Below, piece after piece: positions 1 to 10,000 of a stretch of 60,473 bases of DNA; the first letter of the stretch is position 1, and every line of letters begins with the position of its first letter. This stretch comes from a virus (Duplodnaviria > Caudoviricetes), in IMG/VR virus record IMGVR_UViG_3300043448_000474, positions 1 through 60,473 of that record. One strand, written 5' to 3'. Under the pieces are notes generated by a model. It saw only the letters and a list, made by a program, of their open reading frames with translations. It did not search any database and was not told the DNA's origin. The translations under genes were made by a program, and so were the position numbers.

Positions 1-2
1 GC

Positions 3-368
3 AGCGCCATCAGGCAGAGCCCGGACATCCAGTTCTACGACTACACCAAGTCCATCAAGCGAATGGAGAAGTCGCTGACCGGGGACAACGACTGGCCCAC
101 CAACTACAAGCTCACCTTCAGCTACTCGGGCGACAACCTCGACGAGTGCCTGTTCGTGCTGAAGCTGGGCGGCAACGTCGCTGTCATCTTCGACGAGGTG
201 AGACCAGCCACATGGCACGGGTTCCAGGTCATCGACGGCGACCTGCACGACCTGCGGTTCATCGACCCTCGCGGAACCGTCATAGGTCTCAAGCCAAAGG
301 GCAAAGCCAAGGGCGACACCAGCGGGTTCGTGGTGCGCCCTCAGATTGAAGAAATGTTTCCTGCCTGA
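3..368 (+). CDS. GP88-like phage protein, 5'-truncated by the window edge
   Basis: Frame open from the window start; motifs QFYDYTK, YKLTFSYS, NVAVIF and IDGDLHDLRF..G.VIGLKPKG recalled as typical of the GP88 family. Confidence 0.7.
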   Translation, partial: SAIRQSPDIQFYDYTKSIKRMEKSLTGDNDWPTNYKLTFSYSGDNLDECLFVLKLGGNVAVIFDEVRPATWHGFQVIDGDLHDLRFIDPRGTVIGLKPKGKAKGDTSGFVVRPQIEEMFPA

Positions 369-461
369 ACATCGAACGGTCCCACTCGCTGAGTGGGATC
401 ACATCGGCGTTCGCCGACACGGCATCAAGTCGTGGCAGCTAAACTAAACACAGAACACACA

Positions 462-1085
462 ATGAACAACATCAACTGGAACAATGTAGACTGGAGCAAG
501 CGCACTGTTGACATCGCACAGCAGCTTGGAGTCTCGCCTGGTAACGTGAGCTACCACCGCAACGAGATGCACAAGCGCAAGGAGAAGCGTGGCAAGTATC
601 GGATCGACTGGTCGAAGGTTGACTGGACCAAGCCGAACTACGTCATTGGAAGCGAGATCAACGCTTCTCCCAGTGCTGTGATCATAGCTCGTAAGATCCA
701 CGCCCCAGAAAACTTGAAGCGCGGACGAGACGTAAAGGGTGCCCACGCAAAAGCTCACCTTCGCGATCATTTCAAAGGGAAGAAGTACGTGAAGCGGCAG
801 CCGAAGCGCGTGCCTACCGAACAGGATCACAGGCTCGCCATGCGCAACGCCGCAGTGATCTACACCGCAGACCAGATTCAGCAGCACAACGGACGTGTCG
901 CAACAGACGCATCCAAGGGAATTGGCCCATGCGTGCAAGGCGGACCGTTGCAGTCGCCCATCGCAGCCATCCAGCATCCGGTGCAGCGACAAGCCCAGCC
1001 GTCTTGGGTGAAGCGCAAGCTGATCGCCATCCGCGACTGGCTCTTCAACCTCTGCGTGTCCGTTGAGAAGGAGGCTAACAAGTGA
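462..1085 (+). CDS. Putative DNA-binding protein with two (I/V)DWS/T-HTH-like repeats
   Basis: ATG at 462 after an A/C-rich leader; NINWNNVDWSK..DIAQQLGVS is echoed by RIDWSKVDWTK..IGSEINAS. Confidence 0.55.
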   Translation: MNNINWNNVDWSKRTVDIAQQLGVSPGNVSYHRNEMHKRKEKRGKYRIDWSKVDWTKPNYVIGSEINASPSAVIIARKIHAPENLKRGRDVKGAHAKAHLRDHFKGKKYVKRQPKRVPTEQDHRLAMRNAAVIYTADQIQQHNGRVATDASKGIGPCVQGGPLQSPIAAIQHPVQRQAQPSWVKRKLIAIRDWLFNLCVSVEKEANK

Positions 1086-1366
1086 GCGGTGTCGTAGCTA
1101 AAGAAGATGCGCAGCGCCTGATGCGCACCAAGATGGACTACAACTCGCAGATCATACTGTCTGCGAGCGAGCAGATTCACAAGGCGACACAGGCGCTACA
1201 GGAGGCGACGAGGATCCAGTCAATGGACAAGATGAACAACGCCCTCAAGGAGATTGTGGACGCATCGGTCTCCTGCCGGTCACGTCTCCAGTTCATGCGT
1301 GGCGTGTGGTCGTACTACAAGGATGTCGCGGAGACTATGGAGGCTAACAATGAAAGACGTTTTTAG
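1082..1366 (+). CDS. Hypothetical helical protein
   Basis: GTGA overlap with the upstream stop codon; 94 aa. Confidence 0.55.
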   Translation: MSGVVAKEDAQRLMRTKMDYNSQIILSASEQIHKATQALQEATRIQSMDKMNNALKEIVDASVSCRSRLQFMRGVWSYYKDVAETMEANNERRF

Positions 1367-1443
1367 ATTAGCTTCGTGCATACTGATAGTAGCCATTGAG
1401 TTGACGTTCTACGTCATGCTGATCAGACACCTAACGAAATAAC

Positions 1444-2622
1444 ATGACCACTATGTACCAACCGACTCAGTCGATATCACTGAGTCCAACTCAACTGGAG
1501 GAACTGTCGCGTTCATACTACGACACCGACTTCCCAGGACGCAGACCGGCAACGGTACACTTCGCCGAGAAGTGGGTTACCAAATGGCTGCGCTGGATGA
1601 AAGCGTGCCACCACAACGAGGTTACCTATGACAACCTTCAGCAGTACGTCACCAAGATGTACGCCGAGTACAAACCAAAGACGGCCTTCGAGTACTGGGT
1701 TTCAGTGCGCCGATACCTCCGGTGGCTGGTAAGAACCGGCCGCACAACGAACCGTCCACACGAGGCGATCCGTCTACCAAAGGTCAGGGTTGAGCGGACG
1801 ATCAACCCCATCACCCGCGAGGAGTACATCAAGCTGCGCGAGGCTTCTGCTGGGCATTGGATGGACTGGGTCATCCTCCTCGGATGGAACACAGGTATGT
1901 CCATTGGCGACTGCATGATGCTGCGCTGGTGCGACATCGATGAGTCGCGTTGCGTGATCAAAATCCGCCGCATCAAAACCGGCACAGAGTCAGTCATACC
2001 GTTTGACCCAAGCGACGAGTTGGGCAGGGCCATCAAGGCAAGGCGCGACGCCTCTCCGAACGCCGCTCCCGAGGACTACGTATCGTCAGATGCTGGTCAG
2101 CGAGTGCGCATCGACAGCCAGGCAGTTGCGAAGGTTGGATGCGACAGCTTCCGATACATCGCTCGCAAGGCAGGGCTTCCTCCAAACAAGCACTTCCATT
2201 GCATGCGCCACTCGTTCGTGTCGATGCTCGCCAACAGCGGCATGAGCACGATCATGGCGACCAAGGTGTCCGGCCACCTCGACCCTCGGGTCTTCGCCAA
2301 ATACGTTCACACCGATGCTGATGCTCTACGCCAGGGCGTCGTTGATGCCCGGTCAAAGTCTGGCAACCTCGATGAGGTCGACGTGGTTCCGCATGGCCAG
2401 GTCGTTTCTCAGATCAACTCGTATCTGTGGAGGCCGAATACGGTCTACATGGTCAAGCGCGGAAGGATATCCATGCCCGACGGAACCCCAGTTCAGTACG
2501 TCATAACAGGCGAAAAAGCCGATGGAAAACGTGCAGTCGTGACTGCTTGCGATGAGTCTGGTGAAACCGTCTCGAATCTCGGACTGGTCGTTGACATCGC
2601 TGATGTCAGGCGCTTCAGTTAG
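1444..2622 (+). CDS. Tyrosine recombinase/integrase
   Basis: Core-binding region, then TGMS(R position)..D, K(IKT), HCMRH, SGH and Y(AKY); about 100-aa extra C-terminal domain. Confidence 0.85.
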   Translation: MTTMYQPTQSISLSPTQLEELSRSYYDTDFPGRRPATVHFAEKWVTKWLRWMKACHHNEVTYDNLQQYVTKMYAEYKPKTAFEYWVSVRRYLRWLVRTGRTTNRPHEAIRLPKVRVERTINPITREEYIKLREASAGHWMDWVILLGWNTGMSIGDCMMLRWCDIDESRCVIKIRRIKTGTESVIPFDPSDELGRAIKARRDASPNAAPEDYVSSDAGQRVRIDSQAVAKVGCDSFRYIARKAGLPPNKHFHCMRHSFVSMLANSGMSTIMATKVSGHLDPRVFAKYVHTDADALRQGVVDARSKSGNLDEVDVVPHGQVVSQINSYLWRPNTVYMVKRGRISMPDGTPVQYVITGEKADGKRAVVTACDESGETVSNLGLVVDIADVRRFS

Positions 2623-2649
2623 CACGCGCTTCGTGCGCTATCACTACCT

Positions 2650-3123
2650 ATGGCATCATTCAACAAAGTCATCCTCATGGGAAACGTCACCCGTGACCCT
2701 GAGGTCAAGTACACCGCAAAGGGAACCGCCATTGCCAAGCTCGGCCTGGCCGTGTCCCGCAAGTTCAGCACCGAGTCTGGCGAGAAGAAGGAGGAGGTCA
2801 CGTTCGTGGACGTGGACTTCATCGGGAAGATTGCCGAGACGGTTGGCAAGTTCGTGAAGAAGGGAGACCCGATTCACATCGACGGTCGGCTCAAGCTCGA
2901 CCAGTGGGAAGACAAGAAGACCGGAGACAAGCGTTCCAAGCTCGGCGTTTTGGGCGAGGGCATGCAGTTCCTGTCTCGCCCTAGCGGACCTCCTGAGGGT
3001 GGAGGAACCAACATCAACCGGCACCGTCAGCAGAATGCGAATGCACCCGTGTCTCCACGTCAGGCTGCAGCGGGTGTCACAAACGATGGGCCAGTCGAAG
3101 CAGACGATGATGTTCCGTTCTGA
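2650..3123 (+). CDS. ssb: Single-stranded DNA-binding protein
   Basis: FNKVILMGNVTRDPE OB-fold start; C-terminal DDDVPF tail. Confidence 0.97.
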   Translation: MASFNKVILMGNVTRDPEVKYTAKGTAIAKLGLAVSRKFSTESGEKKEEVTFVDVDFIGKIAETVGKFVKKGDPIHIDGRLKLDQWEDKKTGDKRSKLGVLGEGMQFLSRPSGPPEGGGTNINRHRQQNANAPVSPRQAAAGVTNDGPVEADDDVPF

Positions 3124-3130
3124 CGGCACA

Positions 3131-3159
3131 TTGACATCAAGCGCACGGTGTCTTACACC
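3131..3159 (+). promoter_or_regulatory. Sigma70-like promoter with palindromic operator, upstream of the RNA cluster
   Basis: TTGACA-N10-GGTGTCTTACACC; one of 8 related sites. Confidence 0.75.
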
Positions 3160-3352
3160 TTGCGCGTTGACTTCCGCATAACGCGGCGAGTTGAGGCCCT
3201 GGACCGCGCAGGTAAACATCGGTGACGGCTGGGAGAGACCAGCTGCAATTTTCGACTGAGGTTGTCGGGTAATGCGGCGGCGTTGTTTGGTTCGCTGGTC
3301 AATGGATTCGCCTGATCTCGGAACCGCATAGAACGAGGTCGCCTCAGTCAAC

Positions 3353-3427
3353 GGCGGGGTGTAGCAGTGGTAGCTAGGCTGCCTCATAAGCAGACGGTCG
3401 GTGGTTCGATCCCACCCCCCGCTACCA
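3353..3427 (+). tRNA. tRNA with CAT anticodon (Met, initiator-like body), encoded CCA
   Basis: Acceptor GGCGGGG/CCCCGCT-A-CCA; D stem TAGC/GCTA; anticodon loop CTCATAA; T arm GGTGG-TTCGATC-CCACC. Confidence 0.93.
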
Positions 3428-3430
3428 ATT

Positions 3431-3589
3431 TGATCCGTGGTGTAGAGAAAGCCGACGGGCGTAAGACACGCTGGGCCGTATGGTCCAGAGGTTCGGGGTA
3501 CTTGGGCTGAGAGACGGTGGATTTTCCGATGACAAGGAACCCACTGGAACCATGCTGAAATCCAGCCGTTCCACCCGACGGGTCATCCA
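3431..3589 (+). ncRNA. Enlarged tRNA-like RNA (159 nt) ending in CCA
   Basis: Acceptor TGATCCG/CGGGTCA-T-CCA; D stem GTGT/ACAC; anticodon-like stem CTGGG/TCCAG; variable region AGGT; T stem TCGGG/CCCGA; 22-nt D loop and 76-nt structured T loop. Confidence 0.7.
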
Positions 3590-3606
3590 TTTACAGTCAG
3601 CAGCAG

Positions 3607-4020
3607 ATGAAGGAAACGATCTCCGAGATGCTCAGTGCATTCCCCCCGTGCGTCATCCGACTACTCGCACGAGAGGGCAAGGGACGCGGGGCCAAGCGGC
3701 TCACGCATGAAGACATCGCCAAGCGCAGCGGGATATCTTACGAGAAGGTGCGTGACATCGCGGTGCTGAAGTCATGGGACAAGGTTGCAATCGCTGATGC
3801 GGACGCATTCATGCGAGGTTGTGGCGTTACACTCCGCAACCTTTGGCGTCACCGCTACTTCCTCCGCAGGTCGCTGGACCCTCGCAAGACCAGCAACCCG
3901 CTCTCGTTTACAAAGCGGCGGGGAGCAGCGCAGAAGCCGCCTTCGCCCGAGCTTTTGGTCGCAGCAGCCTTGAGCCGGACACGGCCGAAGACTTCGCGAT
4001 CCTCAGCTTCTTCGGCTTGA
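3607..4020 (+). CDS. HTH (XRE-like) DNA-binding protein
   Basis: LTHEDIAKRSGISYEKVRDIA helix-turn-helix pattern; 3' end overlaps the giant ORF convergently. Confidence 0.6.
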   Translation: MKETISEMLSAFPPCVIRLLAREGKGRGAKRLTHEDIAKRSGISYEKVRDIAVLKSWDKVAIADADAFMRGCGVTLRNLWRHRYFLRRSLDPRKTSNPLSFTKRRGAAQKPPSPELLVAAALSRTRPKTSRSSASSA

Positions 4021-7000
4021 TCGCCTTGATCTTCTTGTTCAGCGCCCTCAGAGCCCTTGGCTGTGTGGCCTTCCGAACACGCATGATCCGCCTATTGACG
4101 CGATCGATTGCGGTCGTCGGCTTGCCTCCAACCTTCTCCATGCCACCTCTCTCACCAGCCCTGGGCACGAGCGACGCGAGCTTGGAGTGCGTCTCCTCAG
4201 CCCTCATGTATGTCGCACGTTGCGAGTCGCTCATGCGAGACATGAGTCCCTGCTTCTCGTCTTCGGTCAGCTTCCGGCCGAAGGTGCGGGTGTCGACGCT
4301 GCGCGACTGGATCGCAGACCTCACTGATCCCCACGGATCTTTGCCTCCCTGCTTCTTCTTCTCCTCGGCAGCCTCTTGCAGCAGCCGTTGAGCACCGGCT
4401 TGGTCACCCGCGCTCATGGCAGCCTCGGCTCGCTTCACAAGGTTGCTGAACTTCGTGGGCTGAGCTCCACCTCCGCCGCCACCTTTGTCTGCAAGCTCCA
4501 AAGGACCAGCAGCAACGCGAGCAACACGCGCCGCATCGTTCACCTCATCACGCGCACGTGTGGACGGGAGTCTGTTGATCAGCATGTCCGATCCTGGGAC
4601 TGTGCTTCTGAGAAGCTGAGTGAACGTGCCAGTCCAGTCTCCGGTCTTGGATCCGCTCATCAGCGCATCGCTAAACGTGTTCACCAACTGCAGCGGCTGG
4701 GACAGGTTAGCAATGTCTGTCAGCGACGTGCGGTAGCTTTGTGCTCCAAGCGCGTTTGCAACTGACTCACCAGCGTACGGAATCATCAGAGCGATCGAGG
4801 CACCAAATAGCTTGGCTACGGACGCAGGGTTGGCATCTCGCAGCACGTCACCAAGGCGAATGACCGGGAAAGGACGACCTTTCACAAGCTCATACATCAT
4901 TCCGCGAAGCTCATTCGTCCACATGCCTGACATGCCAAGCATCACCATTAGCAGTGCAATGCTAAGCCCAGATATCGCAGCCGTGTTGAGCGTTCCCCTA
5001 GTTCTATCGACTCCAACCAAACTGCCAAGTGTGCTGAACCAGCCGTTTACCCAACTCGTAAATGTGAAGATGAAGTTGTAAATACGGCTCATCGCAGTAC
5101 GCGAGCGGAGCAGGTCTGGGCGCATTGAATCCATCGCGGCATTGCTCAGGCCCAGCATCTCGCGGGTGACATCCATGTAGAACCCCTCGTCTGCAATCGG
5201 TGGCACATCGTTGATGTCCTTACCGGCAGCCTTCGCCGCGTTGACGCGCTTCCAGAAATCGTGCAGCACGACCTCAAGCCCACCCATCCCGGAGAACGCC
5301 TGTCGCATGCGGATCAGCGTCTCCTTAGACCAACCAGCCTGAGCCGCCTCAGCTTCGCTAATCGCGTTGGCCGGGTCAGTCCAGTTGTCCCATCCGGTAG
5401 AGCCAGACTGCGACCTGTTCTCCATGATGGAGTAGCCAGAACGCATAACATCGTTCAGTGCCTTGTCCACCTGGATCATAGTCAGGATATTTGCCGCACG
5501 GTCTGCGGTAGCTGGGATGTTCTGGATGGCGAGCGCAATGCGTGGGAACCACCACTTCGAGAACAACTTGTCCATGCCGCTGGACATCATGCCCTTCGAG
5601 TCATTGAAGCCTTCGACCGGGGAGTCGTAGGAGCCAACCTTCCTGATTATCGCGGCTTGTTCCTTGAGCGAGAGCTCGTCTGCGCCGAATCCATCAAACC
5701 TGGCCTTGGCCTTCATCTTCTGGATCTGGTCCACAGTGGATGCAAACTGCCGCATAAGTGGAATCATTGCATTGCGGTTGGCAATAATCCATGAAGACAC
5801 AGGCTTATTGGAAGATGCTATGTAAGCGGCGGTATTAAACGCAGCTTTGACTGCACCGGCAATGGACTCGGTTACAATCATGCGTGGCTTATACCCGGCT
5901 AGATAGGTGCGAGGCACGAACTGTCCAGACATCACCGCCTGGCTATAGTTAACGATTGCAGCAACGGCCTGTGCAACAAGCGCAACACGGCGCAGCTGAA
6001 GCACATCCTCAAAGAATGTTGTCTGACCACTTCCGAGAACAGGCTTGGCGATCGTGGTCTGAAGCGTCTCGATCGAGTTGCGCATCTGCTCGATCAGCTC
6101 TTTCAGCTGCCAATTCGTAACGTACGCTTGCTTGGCGGTAACGCGCTTCTTGCCAGTAACAAACTCAAGCGTCAGCTTGTCGCGAACACTCTTAGCTCCT
6201 TTGACGTCTTTCGATAGACGCTTCTGAAGTTCCACTAGTGCAGCCTGTATGTTCTGCATCGACTCAATCTGTTTGCGTCGAAGAGGAAGCATTACTCCGT
6301 GGGCAATAGACCCGCGTGAACTGTCACTAGAAAGCGTGTATGTGTAGAAGTTCGTCGGCGCGATCATCGCTCCACGAGGCTTCGTAAAGTTGTTGGCGGC
6401 ACTTGTAATTATTCCTCCAACCAACCCAGCTGAAAGCGCGTCCGTTCTGAGCACGGCGTTCGGATCGTTAGCAGCAGCGCCTATCAAGTCATTACGGTAC
6501 GCCTTGATAAACTCAGTGATCTCTCCGATCAGCTGAGTCTTGATCTTCAGCGCCCTGTCAGCAGGTGGAGGAAGCGGCAGCTGGTTGTTGATGTCGTCAA
6601 CCAACTCATCGAATGTGGTCGGGTACTTGCCTGTCTTGGCGTACTGATCGGCAAGTTGCCGATACACCTCGTTGAACGGAGATGTCCTGTCATACTCCGG
6701 GTTCATCTCGGCGACGTGCGCCACCGCAAACCTGGTGAGGAAGTTTGGATCCTGCAACAGCGCCTCACGGGCGGCTTGTGTTGCGGCCGGGTCGTTCGGA
6801 ACCTCAGCCTTGATCCACACATCCGACATCTTAAACGGGTCAGTGTCGAGCTCGCCAAGGTCGTAGCTTCTAGGCGTAGTTAGAGCTCCACCAGCATAGG
6901 CGTATCGGAATCGGATTCGCTGCTGCCCGTTCACCACGTATGTCTCCTGCACCAGCGTCGGGAAGTACATCGTGATGCCGCCACGCTCAGCGCCTTTAGC

Positions 7001-10000
7001 AACACGGTAAAGGGCATCAGCAAATCGAGACTGAAGTTGCGCAGCTTTAAGATCCTCAGCGGTAATCTTATGTCCGAAGATAGTGGTCTCGCCAACGCGC
7101 ATGTTTCGGCCGGTCCGCTCCTGGTTTCCGCCGAGCAACTCGTTTAGTACCTCCTTATCCCACACCTGCGGATCAATCCCAGGATGGCTATCAATCGCAT
7201 CCTGAGCCGCATTGTTAATTGCGGCCTCTCCGTAGACAGGATGTTTGCGAGCAGCCTCGATCTGCGAGGACATCGACATTCCGACCTTTGCAAGCAGACG
7301 AGCCTGGCTTCCCATCGCTCCTGGGATCTGGCGGAAGATGAACATCCGGTCGATCAGTGGCGTGAGCAATGGAATCCAAACACGGACTCGGTTAATAATG
7401 TCGAACGGGTTGATTCCGAGCGCAGCATCAGTCATCTGATGGCTGTACCGAGCGAGCTTCGTCTGCATCCACTTCAGCTTGAAGATCTCGTACGGGTTGT
7501 CCGTGTTCTGAAGTTCGTTATCAATCGCGACAAGAGCGGCCAGGACAGTGCTCTTGTTCTTCTCGTTCTCTGCCGGGTCAGCGGTGTAGTTGATCTCGAA
7601 ACGGTTCTTCGGGTCGCTGCCAACCTGGAATGTCAACTTGCGCGGGGTAGGATTACCCTCGGCACCACCCTCGGTGTGGCCTCCGGTCAGAATGTTCAGC
7701 TGCTTGATGGCGGTCTCGACCTGATCCTTGTACTCGGGCGACTTGAGGATCTCGTCATAGATCGAGACCTCGTCCTGAGCGTCAGTAACGCGCTTGACCA
7801 GGCTATTGATCTGGCTGTTCAGGAGTCGAACCTGCTCAAGCGCCTCTCGCCGCTTGGCATCCATGCTCGCAAATGCCTTGCCGAACATCCGAGGCGACAC
7901 GGTGCGGGTCTTGTTTCCGCGAGCCGCAGCAAAAGCGTTCTCGTAAGCGTCGATCGCGTTGTCCAGGGCCGACTTATCCGTCTTCAGCTTCTGGATCAAC
8001 TTGATCGCAGGGATAAGCCGCCGGAAGGATTCAAGCGGAGTCTTGCCACCTGCACTCTGGGTCGTCAGGAAATTGATAGTGTTCTGATCAACCCCTGCGT
8101 CGAGCACCTTGTTAGAGACGACGTAGTTCAGGATGTCCGCGTTGCTCGTAGCGGCGTTGATGACCGAAGCCGGGATCTTCTCGGCCATCGTCTCCATCGC
8201 GCTCCGCATGTTGTTCGATTCTGTGCGAATCTTACGGACAACCTCGGCCGCAGCAGAAATTGCGCCCCGCTCAGCCAGGGTGAGCTTACCTGCCAACTCA
8301 AAACGGCTCCTGAGGTACTCGCTGTAGTCGTCGAGCATCGACTCTCCGACAGCTTTGATCGCCGCAAGGTTCCCCTTGGCCGTGTTGAGCTCTGCGCGAA
8401 GCGAACCAATGTTGTTGAACTGCTGCTGAAGATCAGCCAGTCGCTTCTCGGCTTTCTCGGAACGCGCTTCGATCTCACGGGCAACTTTGTCAACGCCGTG
8501 CGAAAGCTCAGCAAGTTCCTCCACGTCTCCGTAGGTCGGATTGGCGACAGCGAAACTGGAAATTGGCGCTGGATTGGGTGAGGCCGCTGCCTGACGCAGC
8601 AAGAATGCGAGGCGTCGCTGCAGCCGGTTGGACGCAGCACCGATCATGGTTACCGCAGATTGCGGAACCATCTGAGCCTGTGTTGCAGCGAGCCTCTCGA
8701 TGGCTCTGACGTTGTCCATCTGCAGACCCGGCACCGAGAGCAGTGCCTGACGCTTCTGGTCGCTATCAATGCGCGGCGCGGCATAAAGGATGCCTTCGCC
8801 ACCAGCCACGTTTGGCGAGAAGTTGTCGGTCGCAAGGTTCATCACCCTGTCGAAGACGCTCGACTGTTCCTTGGTGATCCCGAGCAGCTTCGCGACCAGG
8901 TTCTTGAACCGATCCCACAGCGACTCGTTCTGCGAGGCGGGAACTGAACGCAGGGCCTCTTGGAACTGGCTGTTAGACAGAGCCTCAGAGATGAACTCAG
9001 CAAGATCCTTGAAGTTGGATCCATGGTTCTGCAGCGCATAGGAGTCCTGGCCAAGCGCACTGATTGCCTGGGATCGCAGGTTCCGAATCTCGTTGCGGAA
9101 CTGAACATTGGTCCGTAGCGCGTTGACAGTCGCCGCATGGACCGCCTCGTGCATCACAAGGTAGTCGTGCGACTGAGCGGATTGGCGAACGTAGATGATG
9201 TTCGCGTCCGGGTTCGAGTCGTAGAACGCGGTTGCGCCTTCCTTTGCTCCAAGCAAACCGAAGTCAGCGTCCGGCAGCACTACCACACGGGCGGTGACGC
9301 GAGACGACAGCAGCTTGGCCGCGATCGAGCGCAGCAGACTGCCCTGAGGTTCATTCTGGAGCACCGTATCGATGGCATCTGACAGGGTGAACTCGCCCTG
9401 CTGCAGCAACTGGTTCCCGGTGTTCGGAGCACCAGCATTGGCGGCAAGAGTAGAGTCAATGGTTCCGTCTGTGATGGCCTCGGTGATTGCTGGAATGCCC
9501 CCCTCGTCGTAGAGCTCCTGAAGATCACCAGATGCAGCCTCGCCCATGTCTGTAACAACGCGGACAAGCTGGGCGTTCTTGGAAGCGCCCTCGCTGGACA
9601 GGTCTAGCATGTCGACCATGCCCTGAACGACTGCATCAGTGAACTGAACCGGGGTGAGCCTACCCTTGGCAACCTTCTCAGCAGCAGCAACCGCGTTGGA
9701 AATAATCCTAGCAAGCGCAACCTTGTCCTTGATCAGGGTGAACAGCGAAACGCTTGCAGAACTCGGCTGGGAAGCAGTTCCAACCGGAGCAGCAGACGTT
9801 TCCGATCCAGTCTCGGACGCCGCTATCTGCTCAATCGGGCTAGTCTCCTGCCCGTCCAGGTCAGTGCCGCTGCTCAGTGATACGGTAGCCTTGTCAACCG
9901 CACGGCGTTTGATCGCGTTACGAAGCGCAAGCTCGGCTGCAGATCTTGGGCTGAACTTTTGGTACTCAGCCTGTTCAAGGTTCGTTTGAAGCCATTTCCT

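Noticed and set aside
3428-3500. Theta (tRNA-associated HDV-like) ribozyme after the tRNA
   Set aside because: No P1/P3/L3/J4-2 pattern found; the cloverleaf model fits better
7184-8581. 465-aa + strand ORF, and similar ORFs such as 38799-39881
   Set aside because: Antisense shadows of the giant protein and portal genes in GC-rich DNA
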